IMG/VR virus record: IMGVR_UViG_3300030333_002512
Coordinates: 1 to 64,000 of that record
From: a virus
Reading direction: 5' to 3' (one strand)
DNA length: 64,000 nucleotides
The translations under genes and the position numbers were made by a program. Below, piece by piece: positions 46,491 to 56,396 of this stretch; the stretch's first letter is position 1; each line of letters begins with the position of its first letter. Under the pieces are notes generated by a model that worked only from the letters and a program-made list of their open reading frames with translations, did not search any database and had not been told where the DNA came from.

Positions 46491-48377
46491 ATGTTATTAG
46501 AACAAGAAATATTGTCAGAATGTGTTGTAAACAATAAGTATGCAAAACACAATTCTGAAAAGAAAAGAAGAGAAACATGGAACGAAATATGTAACCGAAA
46601 TATGCAGATGCATTTAGACAAATTCGAACACCTTGGGCCTAAATTCGCTAAGAAGATTAAGAAGGTCTATAGGGAATTTGTGAAGACTAGGCTTATTGTT
46701 CCTTCAATGCGGTCATTCCAATTTGCAGGTAAGCCAATTTTACTATCACCAAATAGAATTTACAACTGTGCATATATGCCGATTGATGATACGGCTGCAT
46801 TCTCAGAAGCGATGTTCCTACTACTAGGAGGAACGGGTGTAGGTTATTCTGTTCAGAAGCATCACATCAATCAACTTCCGGAGATAAGGCAACCATCTGA
46901 GAGAACATACAGATATCTAATTGAGGATTCAATTAAGGGATGGGCAGAAGCAATCAGGATTCTATTCGATTCTTACACAGGAAAGAGAAAGACCACACCT
47001 AAGTTTGACTTCACTGAGATTAGACCATTAGGTGCGCCATTGAAGACTACAGGTGGAACGGCCCCCGGCCCTGACCCATTGGATAAGTGCCTCCATACTA
47101 TTCACAGTATGTTGAGGGGTATGCATGACGGTCACAAGATTAAGCCAATAGAAGCACACGATATGCTATGTCACATTGCTGATTCTGTATTAGCAGGTGG
47201 AATAAGGAGGGCTGCTATGATTAGCCTATTCAGTGCTGATGATGATGAGATGCTAATGGCAAAGAGTGGCACTTGGTATGAGTTGAACCCACAGAGAGGT
47301 AGGGCAAACAACTCTGTTGTCTTACTACGTCACAAGATAAAGCGAGACTTCTTCATGGATATATGGAAGAAGATTGAGATGAACAAGACCGGAGAACCGG
47401 GATTCTTCTTTACTAACGATAAGGATTGGGGAACCAACCCCTGTGCAGAAATAGCACTTAGGCCATTTCAGATGTGTAACTTGTGTTCCGTGAATGCTTC
47501 GACTGTTAAAGACCAACAGGACTTGAACGATAGAGTATCTGCTGCTTCGTTCTTAGGAACATTACAAGCAGCCTATACTGACTTCCATTATCTTAGAGAG
47601 ATATGGCAAGAGAATTGTGAAAGGGATGCTTTGCTAGGTGTTTCTCTAACAGGCATTGCAAGTAACAGGCTCAAGGATTTAGATATGAAGCAAGCAGCAG
47701 ATGTTGTTATTCAAACTAATATTGATACTGTCAACGAGATGAACGAGCAAGGATTTGAAATCAACTATTCTGCTAGGTTGACTTGTATCAAACCCGAAGG
47801 AACAACGAGTTGTGTATTGGGAACATCTAGTGGCATACACGCTTGGCATAATGATTACTACATTAGGAGAATTGAAGTTGGTCATAATGAGAAGATTCAT
47901 GATTATCTAGCCAAGAAGTTTCCTGACTTGATGGAGGAATCTAAGAGCGTAGCCAATTCGTCTTGTTTCTGCGTTCCTCAAAAAGCACCTTCAGGAGCAA
48001 TACTGAGAAACCAAGAAACCGCTTTGGATTTGCTTGAGAGAATCAAGCACTATCATGAGACTTGGGTTGTTCCCGGTCACATTGATGGGAACAATATGCA
48101 TAACATATCAGCAACGGTTAGTGTTAGAGATGATGAGTGGAAGGTAGTAGGAGATTGGCTATGGAAGAACAGGAGTTCTTACACAGGGATAACAATCATT
48201 CCTTACTTCGGTGGGACTCATCCTCAACTACCGTTTGAGGACATTAGTAAATACAAGTATGATAAGATGGTGAAGTCTCTATCTAAGATTGACTTGTCAA
48301 GAGTAAGAGAAGAGACAGACACAACAGACTTGCAGGGTGAAGTAGCATGTGGGGGTGGAAGTTGCGACATCATTTAG
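46491..48377 (+). CDS. nrdJ: Class II (B12-dependent) ribonucleotide reductase
   Basis: YNC, GGTGVG, GGIRRAA, TNPCAEI, CNL, IKPEGT, C-terminal CGGGSC; no class I beta subunit nearby. Confidence 0.88.
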   Translation: MLLEQEILSECVVNNKYAKHNSEKKRRETWNEICNRNMQMHLDKFEHLGPKFAKKIKKVYREFVKTRLIVPSMRSFQFAGKPILLSPNRIYNCAYMPIDDTAAFSEAMFLLLGGTGVGYSVQKHHINQLPEIRQPSERTYRYLIEDSIKGWAEAIRILFDSYTGKRKTTPKFDFTEIRPLGAPLKTTGGTAPGPDPLDKCLHTIHSMLRGMHDGHKIKPIEAHDMLCHIADSVLAGGIRRAAMISLFSADDDEMLMAKSGTWYELNPQRGRANNSVVLLRHKIKRDFFMDIWKKIEMNKTGEPGFFFTNDKDWGTNPCAEIALRPFQMCNLCSVNASTVKDQQDLNDRVSAASFLGTLQAAYTDFHYLREIWQENCERDALLGVSLTGIASNRLKDLDMKQAADVVIQTNIDTVNEMNEQGFEINYSARLTCIKPEGTTSCVLGTSSGIHAWHNDYYIRRIEVGHNEKIHDYLAKKFPDLMEESKSVANSSCFCVPQKAPSGAILRNQETALDLLERIKHYHETWVVPGHIDGNNMHNISATVSVRDDEWKVVGDWLWKNRSSYTGITIIPYFGGTHPQLPFEDISKYKYDKMVKSLSKIDLSRVREETDTTDLQGEVACGGGSCDII

Positions 48378-48416
48378 TGCCAAGACCATTGGTGCAACAC
48401 AACGGAGGAATTGGGG

Positions 48417-48775
48417 TGAGTAAAAGAAAACCTACCGAATCCTCCAAAGAAGACTTCATGTTCATAGAGAAAGAATTGTTGCTCTCAACTCATCCGGGTT
48501 GGAGAGATGACCTTTCCTTTCACTTTGAACTACTAAGAGAAGGGGATTGCAGTTATCCCTATCTCTATAGATTTGTCCACTTCCTAGTATTGAGTGGTTA
48601 TTCGACATTCAATACTATGGAAGATTTGTATGATGAAGTGGAAAAGAAGAGATACTACACAGAACATCCCTTCGAATCTACTGGATACAAATATAATTTT
48701 ACTGCATTCGAATTTACAAATAAATGGAATAGTGATGAAAATGAAAATAAAATATTACATACCGCAAACAAATGA
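48417..48775 (+). CDS. Hypothetical protein
   Basis: ORF between RNR and the next gene; start uncertain. Confidence 0.45.
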
Positions 48776-50051
48776 CACAAAAAGGAACGTATCAACTAGT
48801 TTTTTGTTTCAGTCTTCAAGGAAGAATATCTTCCATAGGCTTTACACCGCAAGAACTTCAACAGGACAGGTTGAATGGATATCGAAGAACGTAAACCAAT
48901 TTGGTGAGACACCAATAACAGTTGAAAGGGCTAATATCAGAACAGTCAGACAAGTGAAAGATGACCCTATGTTGGGTCTTGTTACTGAGTCCGTTAAATC
49001 TGTTCTATTTCCCGATAGAAGTAATACCGACAGGTATCTGAATCAGATTACTTTCAAGTATCCTGATGGCGAAGCCGAACTTTGGTATGGAAAAGCAGGG
49101 AATGATTCTAAGGTTTCTCTGTATGGTGGTGACCATTGGGAACCCATTAAATTCAACAAGGGAGATGCACAGAAAACTATAGCCAAGATTATTCTACGGA
49201 GTGTTTTGACTAGAAGTGCAGAAGTGATGAACGAGTATATCACTCGTTGTCTGCAAATACCGCCTAATGTTTGGTATGCTCTTGAGAACAGAAGTCCATT
49301 TCACTTCTTTCACATGGGCAACAAGCAAGACGTTCTGATTAACACTAGATTGATTGGTCAGAACATGGCTGCGTTGGAAATCTCAGAAGGAATTTGGGGG
49401 CCAATTAGTATAACTGATTTGAACACGTTCTTGAATTACCATAAGAATAACCAAGCCAAGACTAAGTTATGGAAGGTCACAGTTTCCCAACTGTGGGAGA
49501 GGTTGTTTGGTGAACCGCCAAGTGAGGGTGAAGAGAAGTTATCCATTGCATGGCTGATGCAGAACAGGACTCAAGATATGGTTGAGAACCAAGCAACTAG
49601 GTTGTTGTTCCAACTTGATAGGGAGTATGAAAGAATTGAGTTTGTTCAATTCAAGAACCCAAGCAACAGAGCCTTGTTCGTTAGAGGAAAGGTATTCGAT
49701 TGGGTAATTGCCGATGAAGGTGGTGGAATGAAGAGAGGTCACCAAGCAGTGAACACCTACAGGATTTCAGGTAAAGGTGATACATGGAAGGATTGTAGTC
49801 TGACAGGGCCAATCTGCATTGATAACCTACATGACAATGCCAGTATTGGTGACCAACTCAGTGCTAGGGCGTTGATTCTGATGAATGATGATATGGCAGG
49901 GCCATTAATCTATACAATCAGGCAGACTATTGAGGCTCAAAAGAAGACTGGTGCAGAAGGACATCGCCTAGATGTTAGGAAGTTGAACAAGTGGTCTGAG
50001 AAGGCTGCTATTAAGTGGGCGCAGAAACAAGCGGCGGCGGTGGCCAAGTAA
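48741..50051 (+). CDS. Hypothetical protein with possible C-terminal E2/UBC-like domain
   Basis: GHQAVN...GPICIDNL...DQLSARALILMND resembles the UBC HPN...GxICLDxL...helix; confidence reflects the E2 call. Confidence 0.45.
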   Translation: MKIKYYIPQTNDTKRNVSTSFLFQSSRKNIFHRLYTARTSTGQVEWISKNVNQFGETPITVERANIRTVRQVKDDPMLGLVTESVKSVLFPDRSNTDRYLNQITFKYPDGEAELWYGKAGNDSKVSLYGGDHWEPIKFNKGDAQKTIAKIILRSVLTRSAEVMNEYITRCLQIPPNVWYALENRSPFHFFHMGNKQDVLINTRLIGQNMAALEISEGIWGPISITDLNTFLNYHKNNQAKTKLWKVTVSQLWERLFGEPPSEGEEKLSIAWLMQNRTQDMVENQATRLLFQLDREYERIEFVQFKNPSNRALFVRGKVFDWVIADEGGGMKRGHQAVNTYRISGKGDTWKDCSLTGPICIDNLHDNASIGDQLSARALILMNDDMAGPLIYTIRQTIEAQKKTGAEGHRLDVRKLNKWSEKAAIKWAQKQAAAVAK

Positions 50052-50983
50052 TGAAGTGTAGAGAATGTGGTTGTCATGAAACCACTATTCATTTTGACAG
50101 ACACGAAGTTGTCTGCAATGGATGTGGGCATGTCAAATCAGTATTAATGGATAAGTGGACAAAGAACGAGGATGACGGTAAGAACACGACACCCGATACT
50201 TGGAACGCCTATTCCGATGCGTTAGGTTCACATATCTTTTCAATGGAAGCAAGAAGAACCAAGAGTGCTACAGGGCAGATGAATAGGATGAGAAACATAC
50301 ACAGAAGAAAACGTAGAACCCGCAGGTCAATGGACAAGTTTCAGACTGAGATTGCTATGGTTCTTTCTAGATATTCAACATATCAATCAAAAGACACGAA
50401 GTTATTGCAGGTATCCTTGGATAATTACAAGAGATTGCAAGAGCATCACAAGTTAGATGGTATATCCCTAGAGCAAAGAGCCGCAGCATTGTCTTACTAT
50501 GTCCTAAAGGAATTAGGATATGATGTGAATCTTAGACATCATTCTAAGATAACCCTTGTAGAAGCAGGGACAATATCTAGGATATCAAAAAGGATTGCTA
50601 AGTTTTTTCGCAACCCACAGGTATTCGCACAAAATGATGCGGTGAATAACGCAAAGACGATTCTGGAAAAACTGCTTGGTGTAGAGCCATCTGAATTTAG
50701 AGAATCGTGTATCTCATTTGTTGCTTATGTAGAGAGACTACTTGATGCAGTTGATGAGAGAATGACTAACAATCTTCTAGTTGCTACGGTGTGGATAGCA
50801 AGTAGATTAGAGAAACAAAAATTCACACAAGAAGAAATTTGCTCCCTTTGGCCATCCTCTATATATGGCATGAGAAAAGGAGCGACCTATCTATGTGAGA
50901 AACTAGGAATAGATAGAAAGGAACTTGCAACCATAGGGCATGGTTACGAGATGAACAAAATAATAGGAGGAATAAGAATATGA
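50051..50983 (+). CDS. tfb: TFIIB/TFB-like transcription factor
   Basis: N-terminal Zn ribbon CRECG...VVCNGCG followed by two cyclin-like repeats (AAALSYY..., LVATVWIAS...FTQEEI). Confidence 0.8.
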   Translation: MKCRECGCHETTIHFDRHEVVCNGCGHVKSVLMDKWTKNEDDGKNTTPDTWNAYSDALGSHIFSMEARRTKSATGQMNRMRNIHRRKRRTRRSMDKFQTEIAMVLSRYSTYQSKDTKLLQVSLDNYKRLQEHHKLDGISLEQRAAALSYYVLKELGYDVNLRHHSKITLVEAGTISRISKRIAKFFRNPQVFAQNDAVNNAKTILEKLLGVEPSEFRESCISFVAYVERLLDAVDERMTNNLLVATVWIASRLEKQKFTQEEICSLWPSSIYGMRKGATYLCEKLGIDRKELATIGHGYEMNKIIGGIRI

Positions 50984-51192
50984 AAAGAATGAGTGTAAGA
51001 ACAACAAGTGGACAAACAATGATGGATTTGGATAAGGTTAGTGCCTTTACCATAAATAAGAAAGAGAAGCCAATGTTAGGTAATCCTGTATGGGAAATAG
51101 ATATCCATATGGATAACGGGACTATCTTTACTGCAACTCTTACTGAGACTGAGAAGATAATCTTCGAAAGCAAGTGGAGTGGTGAAGAATGA
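50980..51192 (+). CDS. Small beta-rich hypothetical protein
   Basis: 70 aa, coupled. Confidence 0.6.
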   Translation: MKRMSVRTTSGQTMMDLDKVSAFTINKKEKPMLGNPVWEIDIHMDNGTIFTATLTETEKIIFESKWSGEE

Positions 51193-51779
51193 GAAAGGTG
51201 ATGCTAATTGGAGCAGGTGGTATTGGGAGTTACTTAGCAGACTTCTTGTCAAGAATAAACCATGCCAAGACAGGTAAGTTGTATTCCTTGACAGTGTTTG
51301 ATGATGATAAGATAGAAACAAAGAATCTATCCTATCAGAACTTTCACCCCGATGAAGTGGGTAAACATAAGGTGATGTCATTATATGACAAGTTCGAATG
51401 TGATGCTGAACCCTATCCTGTATTGGTCAAGGAGCAACTAAAGGGATATGACTTGGTTGTTTGTTGTGCTGATAACCTAGCAGTGAGGAGACTACTGTAT
51501 CGTCAAGGATATGGGGAAGAAGCCGAGATTAAGTGGTTAGACCTTAGAGCGCAAGCAAGAAACGCTGCATTAATATCATACAAGACAGATGCAAATTTAG
51601 TTGATACATTCCTAAGTGGCCCCGAAGGTTCCTTCTCTTGTCAAGGAGGAGATTGGGATGGCTCAGGAAAAGACATCAATACAATGCACATGGCCATAGC
51701 AGGTATTGCTACACAGTGGATACAAAGATGGTTCGTGGATAATGATGATGTAGCCGATAAGATGGTGATAAACGTATGA
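51189..51779 (+). CDS. E1/ThiF-family adenylyltransferase
   Basis: IGAGGIGS, FDDDKIETKNLSYQ, GKHK, CADN..VR, putative catalytic Cys in GSFSCQ. Confidence 0.9.
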   Translation: MRKVMLIGAGGIGSYLADFLSRINHAKTGKLYSLTVFDDDKIETKNLSYQNFHPDEVGKHKVMSLYDKFECDAEPYPVLVKEQLKGYDLVVCCADNLAVRRLLYRQGYGEEAEIKWLDLRAQARNAALISYKTDANLVDTFLSGPEGSFSCQGGDWDGSGKDINTMHMAIAGIATQWIQRWFVDNDDVADKMVINV

Positions 51780-52018
51780 GTAAGGAAGACGCAGATATAG
51801 ATGACCTAACAGAAGAAGACTTGGAGAAAGTGATGAACATTATCTCCACTGATGGATATTATATCCAAGCCGAGATAGTGCAAGTGACCTGTCCGGTTTG
51901 TGGAGAGGAGTTCTTAGGAACGAAAAGACATGCAGGTGGTTTCATTGCGGGACACGAAGCATATCATGAATTTATCAACAAGCAGGATTTGATAATGGTA
52001 AATTTAGGAGGACAATAA
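51776..52018 (+). CDS. C2H2 Zn-finger protein
   Basis: CPVC...HEAYH; acidic N-terminus. Confidence 0.65.
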   Translation: MSKEDADIDDLTEEDLEKVMNIISTDGYYIQAEIVQVTCPVCGEEFLGTKRHAGGFIAGHEAYHEFINKQDLIMVNLGGQ

Positions 52019-52019
52019 A

Positions 52020-52652
52020 ATGGGAAGAATGAGTGACAAATATATTGAGGAGATGGAAAAGATGAACGGAAGAGAAGAAGATGGATATGAAGAATGGAGA
52101 GTAGATGAGGCCTATGAGAAATCAGCAGGTGCTAAGATACCGGAGTGGAAGGCCAACATTAGAGAGGCTTTCCATACAGTAGGATACAAGCCACCACATA
52201 TCGTAAAGGATGTATTGGTGAATAGCAGATTCATGGAGTATTTGTATCCCGATAACGCGGGTGAATACTTCTTTACCACTATTTGGGACATGTCAATGAA
52301 TGCCTTTAACACACCTAGAGAGGTTCAAGTTGTAGTGGATGATGAATACAATCTATTCATCAGTGCGGGAACAACGAGTTTCGTATCATTTGACGATGAT
52401 GAGGAACAGTTGGCTGGAATGAAGTTGCCTATTCGATGTTGGATACACACGCATCCAATGGGTAAGGCCTTCTTCAGTGGCACTGATTGGAGGACAATTA
52501 ATACATGGAGGCCGATTATGAAATCGGCTGTAGTCTTAGGAGACAATCAATACCTAGCATATGATTGCAAAACAGAAATTTGCAAGCATGTGTTTTATGG
52601 TATTTATGAACAACCGAATGCAAAGAAAATAGGAGGAAATGAAGATGAATGA
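52020..52652 (+). CDS. JAB/MPN+ metallo-isopeptidase
   Basis: E (REVQVVV)...WIHTHP...FSGTD gives E-xn-HxH-x7-S-x2-D. Confidence 0.88.
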   Translation: MGRMSDKYIEEMEKMNGREEDGYEEWRVDEAYEKSAGAKIPEWKANIREAFHTVGYKPPHIVKDVLVNSRFMEYLYPDNAGEYFFTTIWDMSMNAFNTPREVQVVVDDEYNLFISAGTTSFVSFDDDEEQLAGMKLPIRCWIHTHPMGKAFFSGTDWRTINTWRPIMKSAVVLGDNQYLAYDCKTEICKHVFYGIYEQPNAKKIGGNEDE

Positions 52653-52935
52653 AAATGGAAAAATGAACGCGAAAGAAGCAGAAACTTCGGCTAAGGATTT
52701 AGCCAAGTGGGTGAAGGAAGAGGCCAAGAAGAGTAAGGAATATCTCGATTTGGTTTGTTATCTTAGGGCATTGCTAGACAAATGCACCTATGGTAATGGT
52801 GACCAAATTGACTTCGACCACAAGAAACTCATTAGGTCTAACGACATAATGATGGAAGTCCAACATGAGAAGGACATGGCTAAGGAGAAGAGGATGCAAG
52901 AGAAAGAACAGACAACCCTAGAAGGTGGATGGTAG
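52645..52935 (+). CDS. Hypothetical protein
   Basis: AGGAGG RBS. Confidence 0.55.
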   Translation: MNENGKMNAKEAETSAKDLAKWVKEEAKKSKEYLDLVCYLRALLDKCTYGNGDQIDFDHKKLIRSNDIMMEVQHEKDMAKEKRMQEKEQTTLEGGW

Positions 52936-53214
52936 ATGGATAAGGTGAATCAATATAGGACAACTATCCGTTGCCAATGTCCGGGTCGCCCTAGTGGGGT
53001 TCCGGATACCAACGAGAGGATAAAGTGCGAGAGAGTTGTAGATGTTGAAGTGAAGGAGTATCATCCTAAGAAGCAACAACTAGAACTACAAGCAGCACTT
53101 CAAAAGGAAAGTTGGAAGAGGCTTCGAACTTTGGGTGTCTATCAACGTCTATGTCCATCATGCTCTAACTTTGTGTTAGACCAAAGGGCAGCAGCAAAAC
53201 TGAAGTGGGGTTGA
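52936..53214 (+). CDS. Zn-finger protein
   Basis: CQC...C...CPSC. Confidence 0.55.
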   Translation: MDKVNQYRTTIRCQCPGRPSGVPDTNERIKCERVVDVEVKEYHPKKQQLELQAALQKESWKRLRTLGVYQRLCPSCSNFVLDQRAAAKLKWG

Positions 53215-53451
53215 ATAATGAGACAAACACTGTTAGAGGAGTTTGGATTTACTTTCAAGTATCCGCCAACGGAGGAAGTTTAGATGGATTGGAGTGTTAG
53301 AAATCATCCTAGTTCCAAAACCTACAATGCATACGAGGCGAAGGTAGTTAGGAAACTGGATAAGATTCAGAGAGAAATGGAAACCATAAACCGAATCCTT
53401 GCAAAATATGATAAAATGATTATGCAGGGATTAGACATGGAGGAAGAGTAA

Positions 53452-53769
53452 ATGAGTAGATGGCTAGTAGGAATGAGTGGAGACAAAGATGCTATGATAA
53501 GACATCTTGAGAAGTGCGAGAAGCGGAAGTTAGAGCAGTTCGCAGAGATAAAGGAGATAGCAGGTAGTGCAATACAACCAACTCCTCCATCGTTTACGGT
53601 TATGCAAGATGCAATGCACAGGATAATAGAACTATGCGATGTATTTGTTGACAAGCGTAGTGACAAGCAGAAGTTAGAAGACCAACTATATGAGATGCGT
53701 ATGGAAACGTCTATCTTACAAGAGAGGATTGAGAAAATGGAAGGTGATTCAGAATGCGGTTGTTGCTAG
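53452..53769 (+). CDS. Hypothetical coiled-coil protein
   Basis: 105 aa. Confidence 0.55.
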   Translation: MSRWLVGMSGDKDAMIRHLEKCEKRKLEQFAEIKEIAGSAIQPTPPSFTVMQDAMHRIIELCDVFVDKRSDKQKLEDQLYEMRMETSILQERIEKMEGDSECGCC

Positions 53770-54137
53770 TGTTACTACTAATCAGCCCTGCATTAGCAGG
53801 TTGTGCCGAGATGATACCCGACCCACCAATTGAGGGCAATGACCCCATTTGGATTACGGAGTATCACAACTTCACATATGAGGATACCAACAATAGCACA
53901 TTGCCTGTAATTACATTCGGTGACAACACTACTCTTGTAGAGATATACTCAGCAAGTGTAATCATGTATAATGAGACTGTTAATCTAACAGTTGATATGC
54001 AACCCCACTTCATGGTGCATGACACATTGTTCAAGCAACAATATGCGCCTTCAATGGGTGAAGTCACTTTACAACTGATAGGAATAAAGGGATATGATTA
54101 CAATTGCACAGTCGTTTATCGAGTGTGGAATCTATGA
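53754..54137 (+). CDS. Secreted lipoprotein
   Basis: Signal peptide with lipobox LAGC; several N-x-T/S sequons. Confidence 0.65.
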   Translation: MRLLLVLLLISPALAGCAEMIPDPPIEGNDPIWITEYHNFTYEDTNNSTLPVITFGDNTTLVEIYSASVIMYNETVNLTVDMQPHFMVHDTLFKQQYAPSMGEVTLQLIGIKGYDYNCTVVYRVWNL

Positions 54138-54529
54138 AGAAGATAGTAACTGTTAGGTTTCCGGCCCCATTACCTGCCGCACTTACTTGTCCCATTTGTG
54201 AGGGAAACAAGTGCCATGTATGTGATATGACGGGTAAGATAAATGTTGAAGTGGATGCTAAAGTTCCTATTCAACGTGACTTAATAGTTCAGTATGTTGC
54301 TGAGAACCTTGAGGAGATTGCCAAGGATTTGACCAAGGCATATGGTTTGGTTCCTGATGTGGACACTGTGGATATGGTGGACATAGAAGGTAAGCAATAT
54401 GAGATTGTGAAAGTTAGTAGCATAGGAGGAGTATTGTGGATAGCCAACAGGCTTGATGCATTTGAATCACCACGATACTTCAAATCATGGAAGTCCTATG
54501 TGCAATTCAAAGGTGGGTTAGATGATTAA
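54134..54529 (+). CDS. Zn-finger protein
   Basis: CPIC...CHVC. Confidence 0.6.
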   Translation: MKKIVTVRFPAPLPAALTCPICEGNKCHVCDMTGKINVEVDAKVPIQRDLIVQYVAENLEEIAKDLTKAYGLVPDVDTVDMVDIEGKQYEIVKVSSIGGVLWIANRLDAFESPRYFKSWKSYVQFKGGLDD

Positions 54530-54618
54530 CTCAGATTTGTATTGGTCAATGCACACTAGACTGAACAGTGTGGTCAACACTAAACAGTTACAAAAACAAT
54601 TAGAGGAGGAAGAGTAGA

Positions 54619-54849
54619 ATGGAAGATGATTGGAAAACGATAGCAAGAATAACTCGAAACGCAACTTCGGATTGTGTCATCTCAGCAGGGACATATTGGA
54701 AGATACCTGTTGTTGATATTAGATGGCACTCCGATGGGAAGCCAACGAGGAAGGGTGTTAGAGTGAACATGGAAGAGTTGCCTGTATTGATTAAGGCACT
54801 TCAAAAGATTGAGAATAAGAATAAGGTGAATGAGGATGACACTAGTTAG
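54619..54849 (+). CDS. PC4/Sub1-like ssDNA-binding protein
   Basis: VVDIRW...KPTRKGVRV...EL is the PC4 signature. Confidence 0.8.
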   Translation: MEDDWKTIARITRNATSDCVISAGTYWKIPVVDIRWHSDGKPTRKGVRVNMEELPVLIKALQKIENKNKVNEDDTS

Positions 54850-56365
54850 ATTTGCAAGGATGTGTGAAGCACTAGAACAAGCCAACGGTTCAAACAGAAA
54901 GATAGAGATACTCCGTGAATCTCTTCGGGCGTTTTCTAACCCGGAGTTAGTATTGAGGATTCTCTCGGATGAGTTGGAGCCTAACAATATTGGAAAGGAT
55001 AGGGTATTAACTTGGCTTGCTCAAATGTTTGAGGTATTTGAAGATGAAATACAATCTCAAATAGATACTTGGGGAGACATAGGAGAAGGAATGTTAGAAT
55101 TTCTTTGTGGAAGGAAGGAAATGGATGGACAACTTTCGATTTTCTCCCTATTTAGACTGTTAAATATTGATTGTAGTTCGATTCAGAATAATTCTTTTAC
55201 TCTCATTAAAGATGAACTCACAAATTGTTCTGCTTTAGAAGTTAAATGGTTCATTCGTTATTGGATTAGGACTCCAAGGAATGGAGTTTCACATTCAACT
55301 GTCATTAAGATGTTGAATAAGGAGTATCCCGATAAAGAAGTTAATCGGTATGCTAATTATGCAACAATAGAAGAGTTGTATAATTGGTGTGAGAATGATG
55401 TGCCTATAAGCATGACAAATATGATTGGTCGTTTCATTAAGCCAATGCTGGCTAAGACATTTAAGGATAATTTGCCTGATGAATATGTGATTGACCTGAA
55501 ATATGATGGTAACAGGTATCAGATACACCACTCTCCAGATACTACTATGATATTCAACAGAGCAGGTAAGTTAGTTACTGAACAGTATCCAGATGTAGTT
55601 AGTATATTGGAAGACTGTGAAGATACCTTCATTGTTGACGCGGAGATTTATCCAGTCAACCATGATGGCTCTCCCGCAGAACACAAGAAACTAGGAACGA
55701 GAGTGCATTCTAAAGATAAGGCTCAAGCCGTAGCAGATTGCCCAGTAAAACTGGCCGTCTTTGACATGATGTATGATGGGTTTGAGTCTCTTCTTGATAT
55801 GCCATATAGAACACGACTAGAGCAACTAGAGAAATTTGTTGTTCTAAGGCCACACAATGCAATGCTCCTATCGCCGGACATTGTTACTTCCTACAACTAC
55901 GCAATCAATGAAGGATACGAAGGTATCATGATTAAGGATTTGAATGCGCCATACGAATCTAAGAGAAGTAAGGCTTTATTGAAACACAAACCACCGTTGA
56001 TAGAATTAGATGTGGTAATTACATCAGCCAAGTATGGAGATGGTAAGCGAAGCAATGTATTCGGAACCTTTGGTATTTCTGTTAGAGATGATAATGGTGA
56101 CTATGTTAGAATCGGTTCTATTGGAACAGGGTTTAGTGACGATGACTTGTCCCTGCTGACAACAAGGTTGAAGCAACTCACTGAGAAATATGAGAAGGAT
56201 GAATGGTTCTTCTTACCCCGTATTGTATTGGAAGTGAATGCAGATTTAGTCTCACAGGATTCTGATGGAAACTATGGTCTTAGATTCCCTAGAGTCAAGA
56301 GGATTCGTGATGACAAATATGCAGCAGATGTCAATACGATTGATGATGTAATTGCACTGTCATAA
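54830..56365 (+). CDS. lig: ATP-dependent DNA ligase (replicative, archaeal type)
   Basis: KPMLA, KYDG, IVDAE, VFD, EGIMIK, LLKHK, LRFPR...RDDK. Confidence 0.93.
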   Translation: MRMTLVRFARMCEALEQANGSNRKIEILRESLRAFSNPELVLRILSDELEPNNIGKDRVLTWLAQMFEVFEDEIQSQIDTWGDIGEGMLEFLCGRKEMDGQLSIFSLFRLLNIDCSSIQNNSFTLIKDELTNCSALEVKWFIRYWIRTPRNGVSHSTVIKMLNKEYPDKEVNRYANYATIEELYNWCENDVPISMTNMIGRFIKPMLAKTFKDNLPDEYVIDLKYDGNRYQIHHSPDTTMIFNRAGKLVTEQYPDVVSILEDCEDTFIVDAEIYPVNHDGSPAEHKKLGTRVHSKDKAQAVADCPVKLAVFDMMYDGFESLLDMPYRTRLEQLEKFVVLRPHNAMLLSPDIVTSYNYAINEGYEGIMIKDLNAPYESKRSKALLKHKPPLIELDVVITSAKYGDGKRSNVFGTFGISVRDDNGDYVRIGSIGTGFSDDDLSLLTTRLKQLTEKYEKDEWFFLPRIVLEVNADLVSQDSDGNYGLRFPRVKRIRDDKYAADVNTIDDVIALS

Positions 56366-56396
56366 CATTTATTGACTGTAAATACTAGCCAAAATT

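Noticed and set aside
48340-48377. GGG near the RNR C-terminus as a Ubl-like tail
   Set aside because: CGGGSC is the normal redox-active C-terminal Cys pair of class II RNRs.
51189-51779. ThiF/MoeB as a thiamine or molybdopterin auxiliary metabolic gene
   Set aside because: No thiG/moaE/rhodanese-type partners in the window and the CxxC Zn sites are missing; JAB linkage favours conjugation. Not fully excluded for genes outside the window.
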